A stretch of 63,882 bases of DNA, the filler included, from Octopus bimaculoides (taxonomy: Eukaryota), in assembly GCF_001194135.2 (NCBI RefSeq). It is 7 parts of 6 records of this genome, joined end to end, with 100 filler letters (N's around TTAATTAATTAA, not from the genome) between each part and the next. Parts side by side here need not be neighbours in the genome. Positions count along the whole stretch, not along the records: positions 23,446 to 30,903 come from NC_068999.1; positions 31,004 to 51,432 come from NC_069003.1; 5 more parts are not named here. One strand, 5' to 3'. Of this stretch, positions 24,343-37,062 are shown in pieces. Both the position numbers and the translations under genes were made by a program. The notes under the pieces were generated by a model that was given only the letters and a program-made list of their open reading frames with translations, had not been told where the DNA came from and ran no database searches. Positions within the stretch are counted from its first letter, which is position 1, and each line of letters opens with the position of its first letter.

Positions 24343-24463
24343 CATGTAACAAAAACAGCTTTAAATGATTATTCCGGAGCATAGTCACCATCCACTTCAA
24401 TTACTGCTCCCCATTTGCTTGGTAGACTGTCAGACCGTCATTTAAAGATGTTTTTGTTACATG
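24343..24463. other. 121-bp element with 26-bp inverted ends (mini-MITE or hairpin)
   Basis: CATGTAACAAAAACAGCTTTAAATGA (24343-24368) versus TCATTTAAAGATGTTTTTGTTACATG (24438-24463): 25/26 complementary. Confidence 0.7.
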
Positions 24464-24793
24464 CTGTTATTGTTTTTGTTGAATAAAATTTGTTGAAAAA
24501 AGCCGCAATAGTTATGCACCAGCCCAATAGTTTGTTTAGATGCCGTTGTCTACCGAGAATTACATTTTTCAATGCTCAGTTTTCCTTTCTAAGACAGCAA
24601 TGTTAGGTTTAACGTTAATTCAACTGTTATTTCGCTCTCTTTCTAGCACTGACTGTAGTCTCAGATTTAAGCATCCGCGTGTAAGTTGGTGTCTTTAGGA
24701 ACTGATGGATGTCTGTGATGGCGGTCATTGTACATCAATGAATATATGCAATTGTGGATGTATATATGCATGTAAGCATACAACACACACACA

Positions 24794-24833
<40 letters not shown>

Positions 24834-24854
24834 AACACACACACACACGGACAC

Positions 24855-24885
<31 letters not shown>

Positions 24886-24911
24886 TACGCACACACACAT
24901 TTATATATGTC

Positions 24912-25091
24912 CTTTTACTCGTTTCAGTCATTTGACTGCGGCCATGCTGGAGCACCACTTTTTAGTCGTGCGAATCGACACCGGACTTATTGTTTCTAAG
25001 CTTAGTACTTATTCTATCGGTGTCTTTTTAGCGAGCCGCTTAATTACGGGGACGTAAACACACCAGCATCGCATGTCAAGTGATGTGGGGG
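24912..25091 (-). mobile_element. SINE-A 3' half, abutting a plus-strand SINE-B tail (25092-25160)
   Basis: CTTTTACTCGTTTCAGTCATTTGACTGCGGCCATGCTGGAGCACC...GGGGACGTAAACACACCAGCATCG, then GGGGTCGATCTAATCGACTGG...GGCCTTGTGCCTAG. Confidence 0.85.
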
Positions 25092-26542
25092 TGGGGTCGA
25101 TCTAATCGACTGGTCCCCTTCCCCAAAATTTCGGGCCTTGTGCCTAGAACAGAAAAGGATATATAGATATGACTCATTTTTGCCAGTTGAGTATCTTGGA
25201 GCAACATTAAAATGAAAAGCCCTGCTTAAGGATACAACTCATGACCTCTCCGTCGAGAGTTCGTTACCGCAACCACTTGGTTACACGACTTCGCTTATTT
25301 TAACATGTTATCAGGACTAAATTATAACAATTTCCGATACGTAAAGGATATTGTGTGATATCTCATGTCGGTATAAACACTTTGTAAATACTTCCTGATG
25401 TTCACAACCTCGGTTTTCATCCATAAATATAAAAATCGTGCGAAATTCATTACACTTTACGCCACTCAGCACAAGCCACGATCTGTTTTGTGTATGTAAA
25501 TATATAAGAGTTAATAGTTGCTGCAAAGATTGCTTGAGGTGAAAACGCAGGTTAATAGGATTATACTCTCAAGAATTAGAATTCATTTCTAGATCCCCTC
25601 AAGTCCAGTGTACACGAGTAGTTATATGCACTCGGAATCCTTTAAAATGTCGGATGCTGTGACGTTTGTGTGGGTTCTGCGCTAAAGCTTTCCTCCTTTT
25701 CCTAATAAATACGAGGCAACAATTAATCTATATAGGAAAGCCTTACATTTTTTTTTAAAGATCTGTTTGTCCATCGTTCGCAGTCTTTATCTAAATATCA
25801 TTCACTCATATTCTTTGCCTTTCTCCATCTATTTCAATTGTCCTTCGCCACTACAGCTTCTCCCAATTCACGCAACAATAAAATGTTATTGTTGTTTATG
25901 TTGAGCTTTAGGTCGTACTTTATTGAATCTCAGCGGTTGCCATCGTAGTATACCTTGGACCGAATTAACAAATGTCATCTTCTCCTTCTTTTTTGATTCT
26001 TTTTAAGACAATACAGTGTGTGATATAAAGTAGTTTGACTGCTATTTTCAGAATGTCGATCAACCGCATAAACGCACCTCTTCGGCTCACCTGCATATTA
26101 GCGAAACATGACTGCATTAGGGTCAAGAACTAAATCAATCTGTAGTAAAAAAGGGATTATTAAACTGTCACTTAAAATTTTCATGTGGCCCAACATTTAC
26201 TGTGTTGGCCTCACAATTGTAAGACCGTACGTTCGATTCCTTAAATGGGGACGAGGAGCGCACATCTTTCTCTTGAACAAGGCACTTTATTTCCCATTGC
26301 TCTAGTTACTCAGCTGTAAAGGAAAGACAGTCATCTGTCTTTCATTTCCCCAAACGTCACATCCTAGATGTGCCAAACGTGGAAAGCCGACAGCGTGTCT
26401 AAATCTACCTGAGGTTACACAGAGAACTAGAATAATTAGGAGAAACACGGTACAATATGAGAAGCAGCTAAGCTCTATACATATACATATAGTACAAGAC
26501 GAGTAAAAAAAATAGAAGAAATTTACCTTCTCGAGTGACGTC

Positions 26543-26730
26543 GACTCATAAGGGTCGGTTTTCCGGTTTCCATGGCGCATAAATTCTCATGGGACGGAAT
26601 GCCGGCCCGTTTGCAGGGTTACATATTTTTGCCTGCAGAGTGGACTGGAGCAACGCGAAATGAAGTGCCTTGCTCAAGAACACAACTCGTAGCCCAGTTC
26701 GGGAATCGAAACCACAATCTTCAGTCGAAT
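26543..26730 (-). mobile_element. tRNA-derived SINE, family D (my label), partial
   Basis: GAGTGGACTGGAGCAACGCGAAATGAAGTGCCTTGCTCAAG...GGGAATCGAAAC is the reverse complement of the head and body at 58836-59018. Confidence 0.75.
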
Positions 26731-26970
26731 GTAAATAATGTAAATAATGTACATAATTCCTCATCTCTTAAATATAGAACTGTATGCGCACCAATTGACC
26801 ACAAGTTATGAACTACAACAAAAGCAAAGATCTGGTGTGTTTTCAATCTCCAAAGATTAAAGGAAAGGTGTCAATAAAATATCCCCATTCAATGTGAATA
26901 TATTCTAAAGAATTACTGTTTATAACATTGAATAAATACCACTGAGCATGCATTTTGATAAATCGCTGAG

Positions 26971-27007
<37 letters not shown>

Positions 27008-27560
27008 CATTTTATGTATAAATTCTGATAAAACCATTATCCTGAGGTCCTACGCCTCTTGTAGAATAATAGATTGTTATTCTTAGAGAAGAAGAAGAAC
27101 AATAAACCCTTTTATCTACTATCGTAAAAAATAATCTTGGCTCCAGAAGGAAAGAATTTTTTTTTTATCTTATTCATCCTGGAGGCCTGAAATTGAGAAA
27201 AAAGTTATCTGAAAGATTCAGAATTCTGATGACGTCATTCAGCTGAAGATGGCTGTGAAAAATGTGTAATAAAATTAATTTACGTTCCATAATTTTACGT
27301 CTACTTTCATTAGATATGATTAACTCATCATCATCATCATCAACATTATTGATGAAAACTGTGGCAAAGAGCGTCAAAATATGGTAGAAACAAACCACGC
27401 GCCAGAGATTTAGTCGACTAAAATGAGACATCAAACTCACACCGAATTTTAATTACCTGAAATATTTGCTAATTAAACAAAAGAAAATAAAGATACAATA
27501 TATTCAAAAATCGGAAAGCTTCTATAATCTTACACAGATTATATTAGTTATATTTATTCG

Positions 27561-27848
27561 GGGAAGTTGCTTGGGTTAGTGGTTAGGGTGTTCGGCCCAC
27601 AATCGTGAGGTCATGAGTTCGATTCTCGCCGACGCATTTTGTCCTTGAGCAAGACAATTCTTTTTATGTTACTCCAGGCCACTCAGTTGGCAAAAATGAG
27701 TTGTACCTGTAATTCAAAGGAACCAGCCTTATCACATTCTGTGTCCCGCTGAATCTCCTACCAGAACTACATTTATGGTACATGTGCCTGTGGAGTACTC
27801 AGCTACTTGCATGCTAATTTCCCCAGCAGGCTATTCCGTTGATGTCAA
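27561..27848 (+). mobile_element. SINE with D-type 5' body and C-type 3' half
   Basis: TTAGTGGTTAGGG...GAGTTCGATTCTC...CCTTGAGCAAGAC...CCACTCAGTTGGCAAAAATGAGT, then TGTACCTGTAATTCAAAGG...CCTGTGGAGTACTCAGC...TTCCGTTGAT. Confidence 0.75.
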
Positions 27849-28080
27849 ACATTTTGGAAGAATATCCCTGAAGAAACGGAATGGTTGTTAAAAAATATGA
27901 AATTACGTAAAGTTATCAAATATGTTATATAATGGAGTCGTATTTGAAATAAACCACACTATTGAAATGCGGCAGTGATGTTGTCCAATATCCATTTGTT
28001 TTTGTTACTACGTATTACATTGCGTAAAATATACCTGTTGTAAGTTTGAAAACTAATTTCAAATTTTCGTACAGGAACAG

Positions 28081-28481
28081 TAAATTCGAGGGAGTTGCTA
28101 AATCGATTACAGCGACCCCGGTATTCGACTGGTACTTACTTTATTGACGCCCAAAGAATAAAAATCAAAGTCAGCTTCGGCGGAAATTAAACTCAGACGG
28201 ACGAAATGCCGCTCAGCATTTTTATGTAGCGTGATAATGATTCTGCCAGGTCACCGCATTGAATACTGGTTTCGAATTATGGCACAAGGCCAGCAATTAG
28301 GAAGGAATGGATAAATCGATAACATCAACCTCAGTACTCGACTGGTCCTTGTTTCATCGACTGCGAAAGAGTGAAAGGCGAGGTCGATTTCGGCGAGATT
28401 TGAAATCAGAACATAAAGACGGACGAAATACTTCTAAGCGTTTTGTCCGGCATGCTAACGAATCTGTCATGTCACCGCCTT
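28081..28481 (-). mobile_element. Two tandem SINE-B copies (about 28081-28260 and 28262-28481)
   Basis: Two successive reverse-complement core/head units, each ending TTCTGCCAGGTCACCGC or ATCTGTCATGTCACCGCC. Confidence 0.8.
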
Positions 28482-31007
28482 GAGGGATAGGCAGTATTGG
28501 TGATTGAAAGGTGGAGCTGTTCGATTCATTGATTATTTATATGTTTCTATATAACAATCATCAGCTTGTCACAACTCACCGCAACTATTCAGGCAACACA
28601 CTCCTTCTCACCTGCTCTTACCTCCCGCCCCTTCCCTTTGTCATTTTTCTCTCCTCCCAGCTACACACACAGACAGACAGACNNNNNNNNNNNNNNNNNN
28701 NNNNNNNNNNNNNNNNNNNNNNNNNNNNNNNNNNNNNNNNNNNNNNNNNNNNNNNNNNNNNNNNNNNNNNNNNNNNNNNNNNNNNNNNNNNNNNNNNNNN
28801 NNNNNNNNNNNNNNNNNNNNNNNNNNNNNNNNNNNNNNNNNNNNNNNNNNNNNNNNNNNNNNNNNNNNNNNNNNNNNNNNNNNNNNNNNNNNNNNNNNNN
28901 NNNNNNNNNNNNNNNNNNNNNNNNNNNNNNNNNNNNNNNNNNNNNNNNNNNNNNNNNNNNNNNNNNNNNNNNNNNNNNNNNNNNNNNNNNNNNNNNNNNN
29001 NNNNNNNNNNNNNNNNNNNNNNNNNNNNNNNNNNNNNNNNNNNNNNNNNNNNNNNNNNNNNNNNNNNNNNNNNNNNNNNNNNNNNNNNNNNNNNNNNNNN
29101 NNNNNNNNNNNNNNNNNNNNNNNNNNNNNNNNNNNNNNNNNNNNNNNNNNNNNNNNNNNNNNNNNNNNNNNNNNNNNNNNNNNNNNNNNNNNNNNNNNNN
29201 NNNNNNNNNNNNNNNNNNNNNNNNNNNNNNNNNNNNNNNNNNNNNNNNNNNNNNNNNNNNNNNNNNNNNNNNNNNNNNNNNNNNNNNNNNNNNNNNNNNN
29301 NNNNNNNNNNNNNNTGTATGTATGTATGTATGTATGTATGTATGTATATATATAGTCCTCTTCCCCTTATTTTTGCATGAACATCAAACACTTTCCCTCT
29401 GACTTCGTCCACTATCGTATGACAGTCAAAAATAAGTAAACAAATATGTGAATAAATAAATGAATGTATAAAAAACATATAAATAGAAAAGAAAAAAAAC
29501 AAAGCAGAGACAATATTAAACAAATGATTCAGGTAATAAATAGGATAGCTTTGAGTTGCGAACCAGCAATGAATAATTAAATACCGGCTGTTTTGCCAAT
29601 GTCAGGGACGTGTCCTGGCCAAATGCAATTTTAATTGAAACAAAAGCAGAAACGCATGAATAAAAAATGAATTAAGGACACGTGAAAGACATTTGTGATT
29701 CATTTTGACCTAAAAAGGTGTATCAAACGATTTATATTTACAGAGACGATAGATTGGGAATTAACGACAACGATAGCAATAACAATAATAATGTGGATGA
29801 AGGTAATGATGATGATGATGAGGATGATGATTGTAATAATGATGGTAATAGAATAAATGATATGAAGAATAACACGGGAATGAAATGAGGAAGAGAAAAA
29901 AAAAACACCGTTTATTTTTCCGTTGGAAATACTAATATGGTAGCTACGCTTTGTGTTTATGCAAATATGCATATAGACGCATGTATATGCAAACAATCAT
30001 ACATGCTTACACACACACACATACAGAAATATATACATGTATACATGTATACATATATATATATATATATATATATGCATGCATATACATATATATATAC
30101 ATACATATATATATATACAAATACACACTCTATACACACACATATATACATAAACATATATATACATATATATTATATTATATATATATATATAAATATA
30201 TATGTATATATATATATATATATATATGTAACCCACCACATACGCGTTTGAGTGTTGCGTGTTTGTGTGTGTGAAAGGGGGGGGGCTGTGTTTTACGGAA
30301 GTACGTGAGCCAGAGTGTAAGTAAAAAAATAGTAAGCTCAGACAACCCATAAAAGCGAAAGAGAGAGGGGGAGAGTGAGAAGGAGGGAGAGAGAAAGAGG
30401 AGACAGACAGAGAGAGAGAAAGGGAGACATGCGTGGAGAGGGTGAGAAAAAGAGAGGTAACAGAAATAGGCAGTGATATAAAACGAATAGTAATAATATG
30501 ATACAGGGACAAATAAAAAACATCAACGAGAGGAGAGAAAAAAAGTAAAAGATAAGCTGGTGGGGTGGAGTCTAGGAGGGAGGTAGAACGGGAACGGGGT
30601 GGATTAGAAGTGAATACGTTGGGGTAAGTGATATGTGCGTACTGAAGGAATTCCAATTTAGTTTAACAGATAAATTAAACAAGAATATAAAGCAGGCACA
30701 GTGGCACGAGTCGTTGATATACATAATTTATATACTTATTATGGCTGTGTGTATACAGGGGTTAGCATACGTACCTACACACATCACTCTCTCTCTCTCT
30801 CTCTCTCTCTGTCAATCGGTCCGTCTGCTTTTCTCTTTCACTCCGTTTCTTTCTCTCCTATCTATCTATCTATCTATCTATCTATATATATATATATACA
30901 TATNNNNNNNNNNNNNNNNNNNNNNNNNNNNNNNNNNNNNNNNNNNNTTAATTAATTAANNNNNNNNNNNNNNNNNNNNNNNNNNNNNNNNNNNNNNNNN
31001 NNNTATA

Positions 31008-31043
<36 letters not shown>

Positions 31044-31516
31044 CATAATATGCATGTACGCATGTAAGCTCATACACTTTTACTCCAGTATAGATATGTG
31101 AATGCTTTTAGATGTTTACGCAGTTTTACAGTTTACACCTGAGATACACAACCATACGTGCAAGAAGATAGTCACACACACATACATACAAACACACGCA
31201 CACACACGCATACATGCACAACTGCAAGCATAGTGAAGAATCTGTCGATATATATTAATACAGCAACGTGCTGCCAAAGTGTGGCTTATGTCAAACGCAT
31301 TACACGCTACTGGACTAATAACAGAGTCGGAGATTCTGGAGACGCATAATGTTTAGACCATGATGCACTAATTATACACACACTGAAATACAGGCCGACA
31401 CACATGTATACACACACACACACATATATACACAAGTAAACAAACACAGATGCAAGCACAAACATATACACAAATATATACACAATGTCAATTGAGGATC
31501 GTTTACACATTTCGCA

Positions 31517-31600
<84 letters not shown>

Positions 31601-31725
31601 GAAGGACACACGGATATGTGAGTGTATATAAATATAAGCATACATGTTCGTACACACACACACACAAGCACACACAAATGAATATATACGTATATATTGT
31701 ATATAAACATACATACATACATGTA

Positions 31726-31772
<47 letters not shown>

Positions 31773-31813
31773 GTATATATAAATTTATGNNNNNNNNNNN
31801 NNNNNNNNNNNNN

Positions 31814-31850
<37 letters not shown>

Positions 31851-32132
31851 TATATATACATATACATGTATACAAATATATACACACACACACACACATA
31901 TAGGCACTGACACACATATACACACAGAATGCTTGCGCACACATATTCTATACATACACTGGTGCGTAGCGTTCTCTCTTTATTTTGTCTGTCCGTTCGT
32001 CGCAATAGAAGTGCTGTTAAGTGGGACTAATTAGAAGGTACCCCTGGGGTGTAAAACGGGTAAGATGGAAATCAAAGGGAATTCGATCAATCGATCTGTT
32101 GGTCATTAAAAACAAAAGCACCCAATAAACAA

Positions 32133-32170
32133 TATCATCAGCATCACCACCATCATCATCGTCGTCATCG

Positions 32171-32207
<37 letters not shown>

Positions 32208-32302
32208 AATCACGAGCATAATTATCATCGCCATGAATATCATCACCTCAGCATCATGAATATAATTATCACCATTATTATACCTAGTAGTAATAGTAGT
32301 AA

Positions 32303-32346
<44 letters not shown>

Positions 32347-32350
32347 TGAC

Positions 32351-32393
<43 letters not shown>

Positions 32394-33370
32394 ATGATGA
32401 TGATGATGATGATGACGTCAATATTCTCATCATAATCTTCATCATCATTGTGATCATCATCAATTAGCATCTTATCATTACTATCATCTTTATTCGTTGG
32501 CAGCAGCACCATTACCATCGCCGCAACTGTTACCCTCCTCCCGTACCTCCTGTTCATCCTCCTCCTCCTCCTCCTCCTCCGCTTCCTCATCGTCATCGTC
32601 GTCGTCGTCATCGTCATATTCATCGTCGTCAACATCAGAAATAATTAACGTGGAAGGAATACTAATATCACTACCACCACCACCACCACCGCCGCCGCCA
32701 TCACCGCCACTACCACTACCGTCACCACCATCACCACCATTGTCATCACTAACATCGCTAACAGGAAAGCGCGCATCATCGTCACAGCAATCGCAAATTG
32801 CCACCAAAACCATCATGAACAGCATGAACAGCATTACTGTCGTCGTCATCATCATCATCATCATCATCGTCATCCTCATCCTCCTCGTCATCCTCCTCGT
32901 CATCGTCATCATCATCATCATCATCCATTCATTAATGTCATCAACACAATCACTTGTCCATAACCAAACAACTATTTCGAAAACGATCGTCAGAAGCATT
33001 TCTACTCCCACCACTACCCGCCACCACGACAACCCCCTCTCCATCTACGTCACTGACCTCTCCACCAGTAACACGAACCTCCATCACCCCCACCGCTACC
33101 AGTAACAACAACAACAACAACAGCAGCCCCACCAATGCCACTGCAGTCTTCACCACCATCAGCAACACTGCCACCACCATCATGTCCAGCAAGCCTGACC
33201 CCATACTAAAAGGACCACCACTGCTAACAGCCCCAGTGTGCACACAACCACTCCTGCCGCCACGACGACGACCACCACCACCACTGTAACAGCATTACTA
33301 CTACTACTACTACTACTACCCACACCACCATCGCCTCCGTCGACACCGCAACCATCCACACCATCGCTAC
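32133..33370. repeat. Mosaic of degenerate trinucleotide tracts (CAT, AAT, GAT, TCC, ACC, AAC, CTA)
   Basis: About 1.2 kb of successive triplet repeats. Low-complexity ORFs occur in several frames on both strands. Confidence 0.8.
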
Positions 33371-34056
33371 CACTCAAGAAAAACATGGCAACGAGTTTCA
33401 TTAGAAAGCCGACATCAGAACATTCTTTAATTTAGGTTTTGTTCTTTATTCCTGTAAAATATTTTAATTGTATAAAATTCATTAATTCTTTCATTATACA
33501 AGTTGATTAGTTTACAAAGGGAAACTGGGGGAAAGAAGAGGGAGAAGAGAAAAACAACGAAAGAAACATAAGCGAAGAAAAGAAAGAACGAAAGAAAAGA
33601 GTAAAGGACTCGGCGGAGAAGATGGGACAAATCTGAAAATAAGGGAGAAAGCAATGAAAAGTTAAAGGAAGTAAAGGTACAAGGGACAAAATATGGGGTC
33701 AGGGACAAAAAATAAATAATAGGTGATGTAGAGAAGAGAGGAGAAAGAAAGAATTGACAGGGAACGAAAGGGGACGAAATAGGGAAGAAAAGGGGCACAT
33801 CATATGATTGAGGAGGAAAATGGGAAAAGCGGTGAAAAGAAGGAAGAGAAGACAATGCGAGAATCAGGGGACAGAGTAAGAAATATGGAAGAAAAGAGGA
33901 AAAAGTTGCCGAAGAAATTTGTGATGATGGACGATGACGTTGATATAGCGATGAGAGGAATGTCTGAGATTCGTTTAGCTTTGAAGAACTTATTGCCAAC
34001 TCTTCGGGGGCCCACACTGAACCGGCCAAAGCTAAGGTGATTTGTTTCTGGTAGAT

Positions 34057-34225
34057 AATATTGGTTTCAAGTTTGGATGCGAAGCCAGCAATTTCAGAGG
34101 ATGGGGTGAGTCGATTAGATCTACCCCAGTATTCAACTGGTACTTATTTTAACGACCTCGAAAGGATGAAAGGCAAATCGACTGCATTTGAACTCAGAAC
34201 GTTTAGACGGACGAAATGCTTCCAA
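34057..34225 (-). mobile_element. SINE-B partial copy
   Basis: GCCAGCAATTTC...GAGTCGATTAGATCTACCCCAGT...CTGGTACTTATTTT...GGATGAAAGGCAAA...TTTGAACTCAGAACG. Confidence 0.8.
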
Positions 34226-34674
34226 GCAGTTATTAGTTTGCAATAGAGTATGCTGGAAAAGAAAGGCGTTTGTGTCAATTGTAGGTTATACTAATAAGCT
34301 TACCATTTTGGCTGAATATAATTCCACGCGGTCTGAAGAATTATAAAGCTTCCATTCTGGTTTCAGTTGAATCGTTTAATCGTTTTGCATCACAATTCCC
34401 CTGAGTGACTTCAAAAAATGGCTCCACTTAACCAAAGCATTTTCGAATGCAATTTAGCTTAAGAAAACTGTTTGGAAGACCTGTTTCTGATTTTCTTAAA
34501 CGGAATCCATACCTTCGTTTAGCATCACCACAAGCTGGTCTTTGGTTATTTCTAGACTTATCCCCTCTCCCGAACTTACTGGCCTTGTGTCAGAGTTCTC
34601 TATCAAGGTTTAAGACAGTGAACTGTCACCAATGTTGGCACTTTGTTAGTGGCACTTTGTTAGTGGCACTTTGT

Positions 34675-34783
34675 TCGTCTTTACGTTCTGAGTTCAAATT
34701 CCACCGAGGTCAGCCTAGCCTTTCATCCTTTTGGAGATCGATAAAATAAGTACCAGTTGAGCACTGGAATGGATTTTATCGAC
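34675..34783 (+). mobile_element. SINE-B central fragment preceded by a 14-bp triplication (TGGCACTTTGTTAG x3)
   Basis: TCGTCTTTACGTTCTGAGTTCAAATTCCACCGAGGTC...GATAAAATAAGTACCAGTTGAGCACTGG. Confidence 0.8.
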
Positions 34784-36566
34784 GCTTTACTCGAAACAGG
34801 TTTTTTTTTATCTGAGCTGTACTTCTTCTTTTCGTTGCACAGGTATTGAATGCTACGCTTTCTCCGATCACTTTCCCTTGAGAATTATTGCTAATTTCTT
34901 GAATGTTTCTACATCTACTCTTAATTGAAGAAGCACCAAAACAACTCATTCCCTCCAACCCCACTGTCTCAAACAACATTAGAAGACCGCAAAAGGCTTG
35001 ATTGTCATGGAAGAAATGCGTTTAGCAGTATATCAGAATTAATCTATGATTAAGGAACCAGAATGTTAAATGCAGGAAATGAGGAGGAGAAAGAAGAAAA
35101 AGAACAACAAGGACGAAGTCCACAACGTATCTTTTACTTTCGTTATTCTTCCGTTCCATTCTGTGCAGTCTTTTCTGAAGTCTGCCAGAACTTTGTCTAC
35201 CCTGCCACCGAATTTCTGCCACAGCTATCATGACAATTCCTTATCTCATGTTTTTTTTCTCGTTATCTCATTTTATTATATATGTTTTTTTTTATGATTT
35301 CTTTTCTTTCATTTCTTAGTTTACTTCCAACTTGAAGCATGACGATTTATTGTGTAAAATAATTATTCAAAGTGATTTTATAAGCTCTGTCATTGGATGT
35401 GCATTTAATTGTTAAGCTTGGCGTGTGCGTCTGGCTTCTTGTTCTTTTTCGAATATTGTTCTTCGTTTATCACTTCAACATTCCTTTCCACTTTGTTCAA
35501 CAGCTCTGTCTGAATTATGTACGATATATGTGTTGAAGTTATTGTCTTAATTTTTATAAATAGTAACTATTAATAACAATTTTTGGCATGAGATTGAGCT
35601 TTGTAGGTTTGGAGATGTGGTTTATGTATTTGTGGCGTTTATCGCTGTTTGGTTGAGATATCTGTCTACAGCACAAGTTTATTATTGATAAATTCTTGTT
35701 GGTTAATGTAGCTATCCAACATGTTAATACACACATGTATACATACATACATACATACATACAAACGCATAAATATGCATTTGTGTATGTATCCATGTAC
35801 ATATTATATACATATACAGATTAGATGCCGGAATCACTAAGCATCTTGGTGCAGCAACACGTAGGACGCCAGGGTTGGCTAGGTACCATAAAACTGAGTT
35901 CACAGTGAAGTAAAAGAACTACGAAGTATCTTGTTTGATAGTGCACTGCAGATATGTATATACGTAGATACCAAATCCAAAATAAACCGTAGATACGACT
36001 CAGGGTTGGTTCCAGATGTGATCTTCGTAAAACAATACGTAACATAAATTTTGGTTTAAAAGTTACTGCACCTCTTTCGGTAGGATTTTATGGGTGTATT
36101 CAAAGATTACATCATAGCACACACATGCACACACACACAGAAAATATATATTAGTGTATCCTTGCATGTGTGTGTCTGCGTGTGTGTATGTATATACATG
36201 TATAAATGCATGTGGCTATGAAGGCCACAATGGACGATAATATATACGTCTTCGGCAGAGTGATTTGGTGTTAGGTCTTTCAGACTTATGTTTAAGACTG
36301 GGCTCGTACTTCGGTATGCAAACTAAATTCAGTCACATGTGTTAGTATAGTGTCATAATGCTGCATAACCAGAACTTCCATTCTGAAAATATTGATTGAA
36401 TTTGTGTGCTTATACAGAATTAAATTTCTTTCCGTTAGAGCTGCTCTAATATTTATAGAATTCCTCCTCAACTATAATCTGGAGGATATCTTCTATATAA
36501 ATTTCAAGGGTAATTAGTGCCTGATCCATCATGGTATCTAATAGGGCATCCTACATTTCTAAACTT

Positions 36567-36815
36567 GATTTCAAATGGTGGCACAAGTCCAGCAATTTTG
36601 GGCAAGTGGGTAACATCGACCCCAGTGCATAACTGGTACTTATCTTATCGACTTCGAAACGATGAAAGGCAAAGCTGACCTCGGCGGAATTTGTCCTGAA
36701 AACATAAAGACGAACGTGATGCGTGGGACTTTGGTCAAGTGTCATCTACTATAGCCTCGGGCTGACCAAAGCCTTGTAAGTGGATTTGGTAGACGGAAAC
36801 TGAAAGAAGCCCGTC
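36567..36815 (-). mobile_element. SINE-B fragment (36567-36716) joined to a SINE-A fragment (about 36731-36815) running into (TA)n and a gap
   Basis: B core CTGGTACTTATCTTATCGACTTCG; A block CAAGTGTCATCTACTATAGCCTCGGGCTGACCAAAGCCTTGTAAGTGG reads in the plus direction. Confidence 0.7.
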
Positions 36816-36853
<38 letters not shown>

Positions 36854-37017
36854 NNNNNNNNNNNNNNNNNNNNNNNNNNNNNNNNNNNNNNNNNNNNNNN
36901 NNNNNNNNNNNNNNNNNNNNNNNNNNNNNNNNNNNNNNNNNNNNNNNNNNNNNNNNNNNNNNNNNNNNNNNNNNNNNNNNNNNNNNNNNNNNNNNNNNNN
37001 NNNNNNNNNNNNNNNNN

Positions 37018-37062
<45 letters not shown>

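Noticed and set aside
33804-34040. 78-aa K/E/R-rich ORF
   Set aside because: It arises from a purine-rich low-complexity tract, with no recognisable domain or good acceptor.
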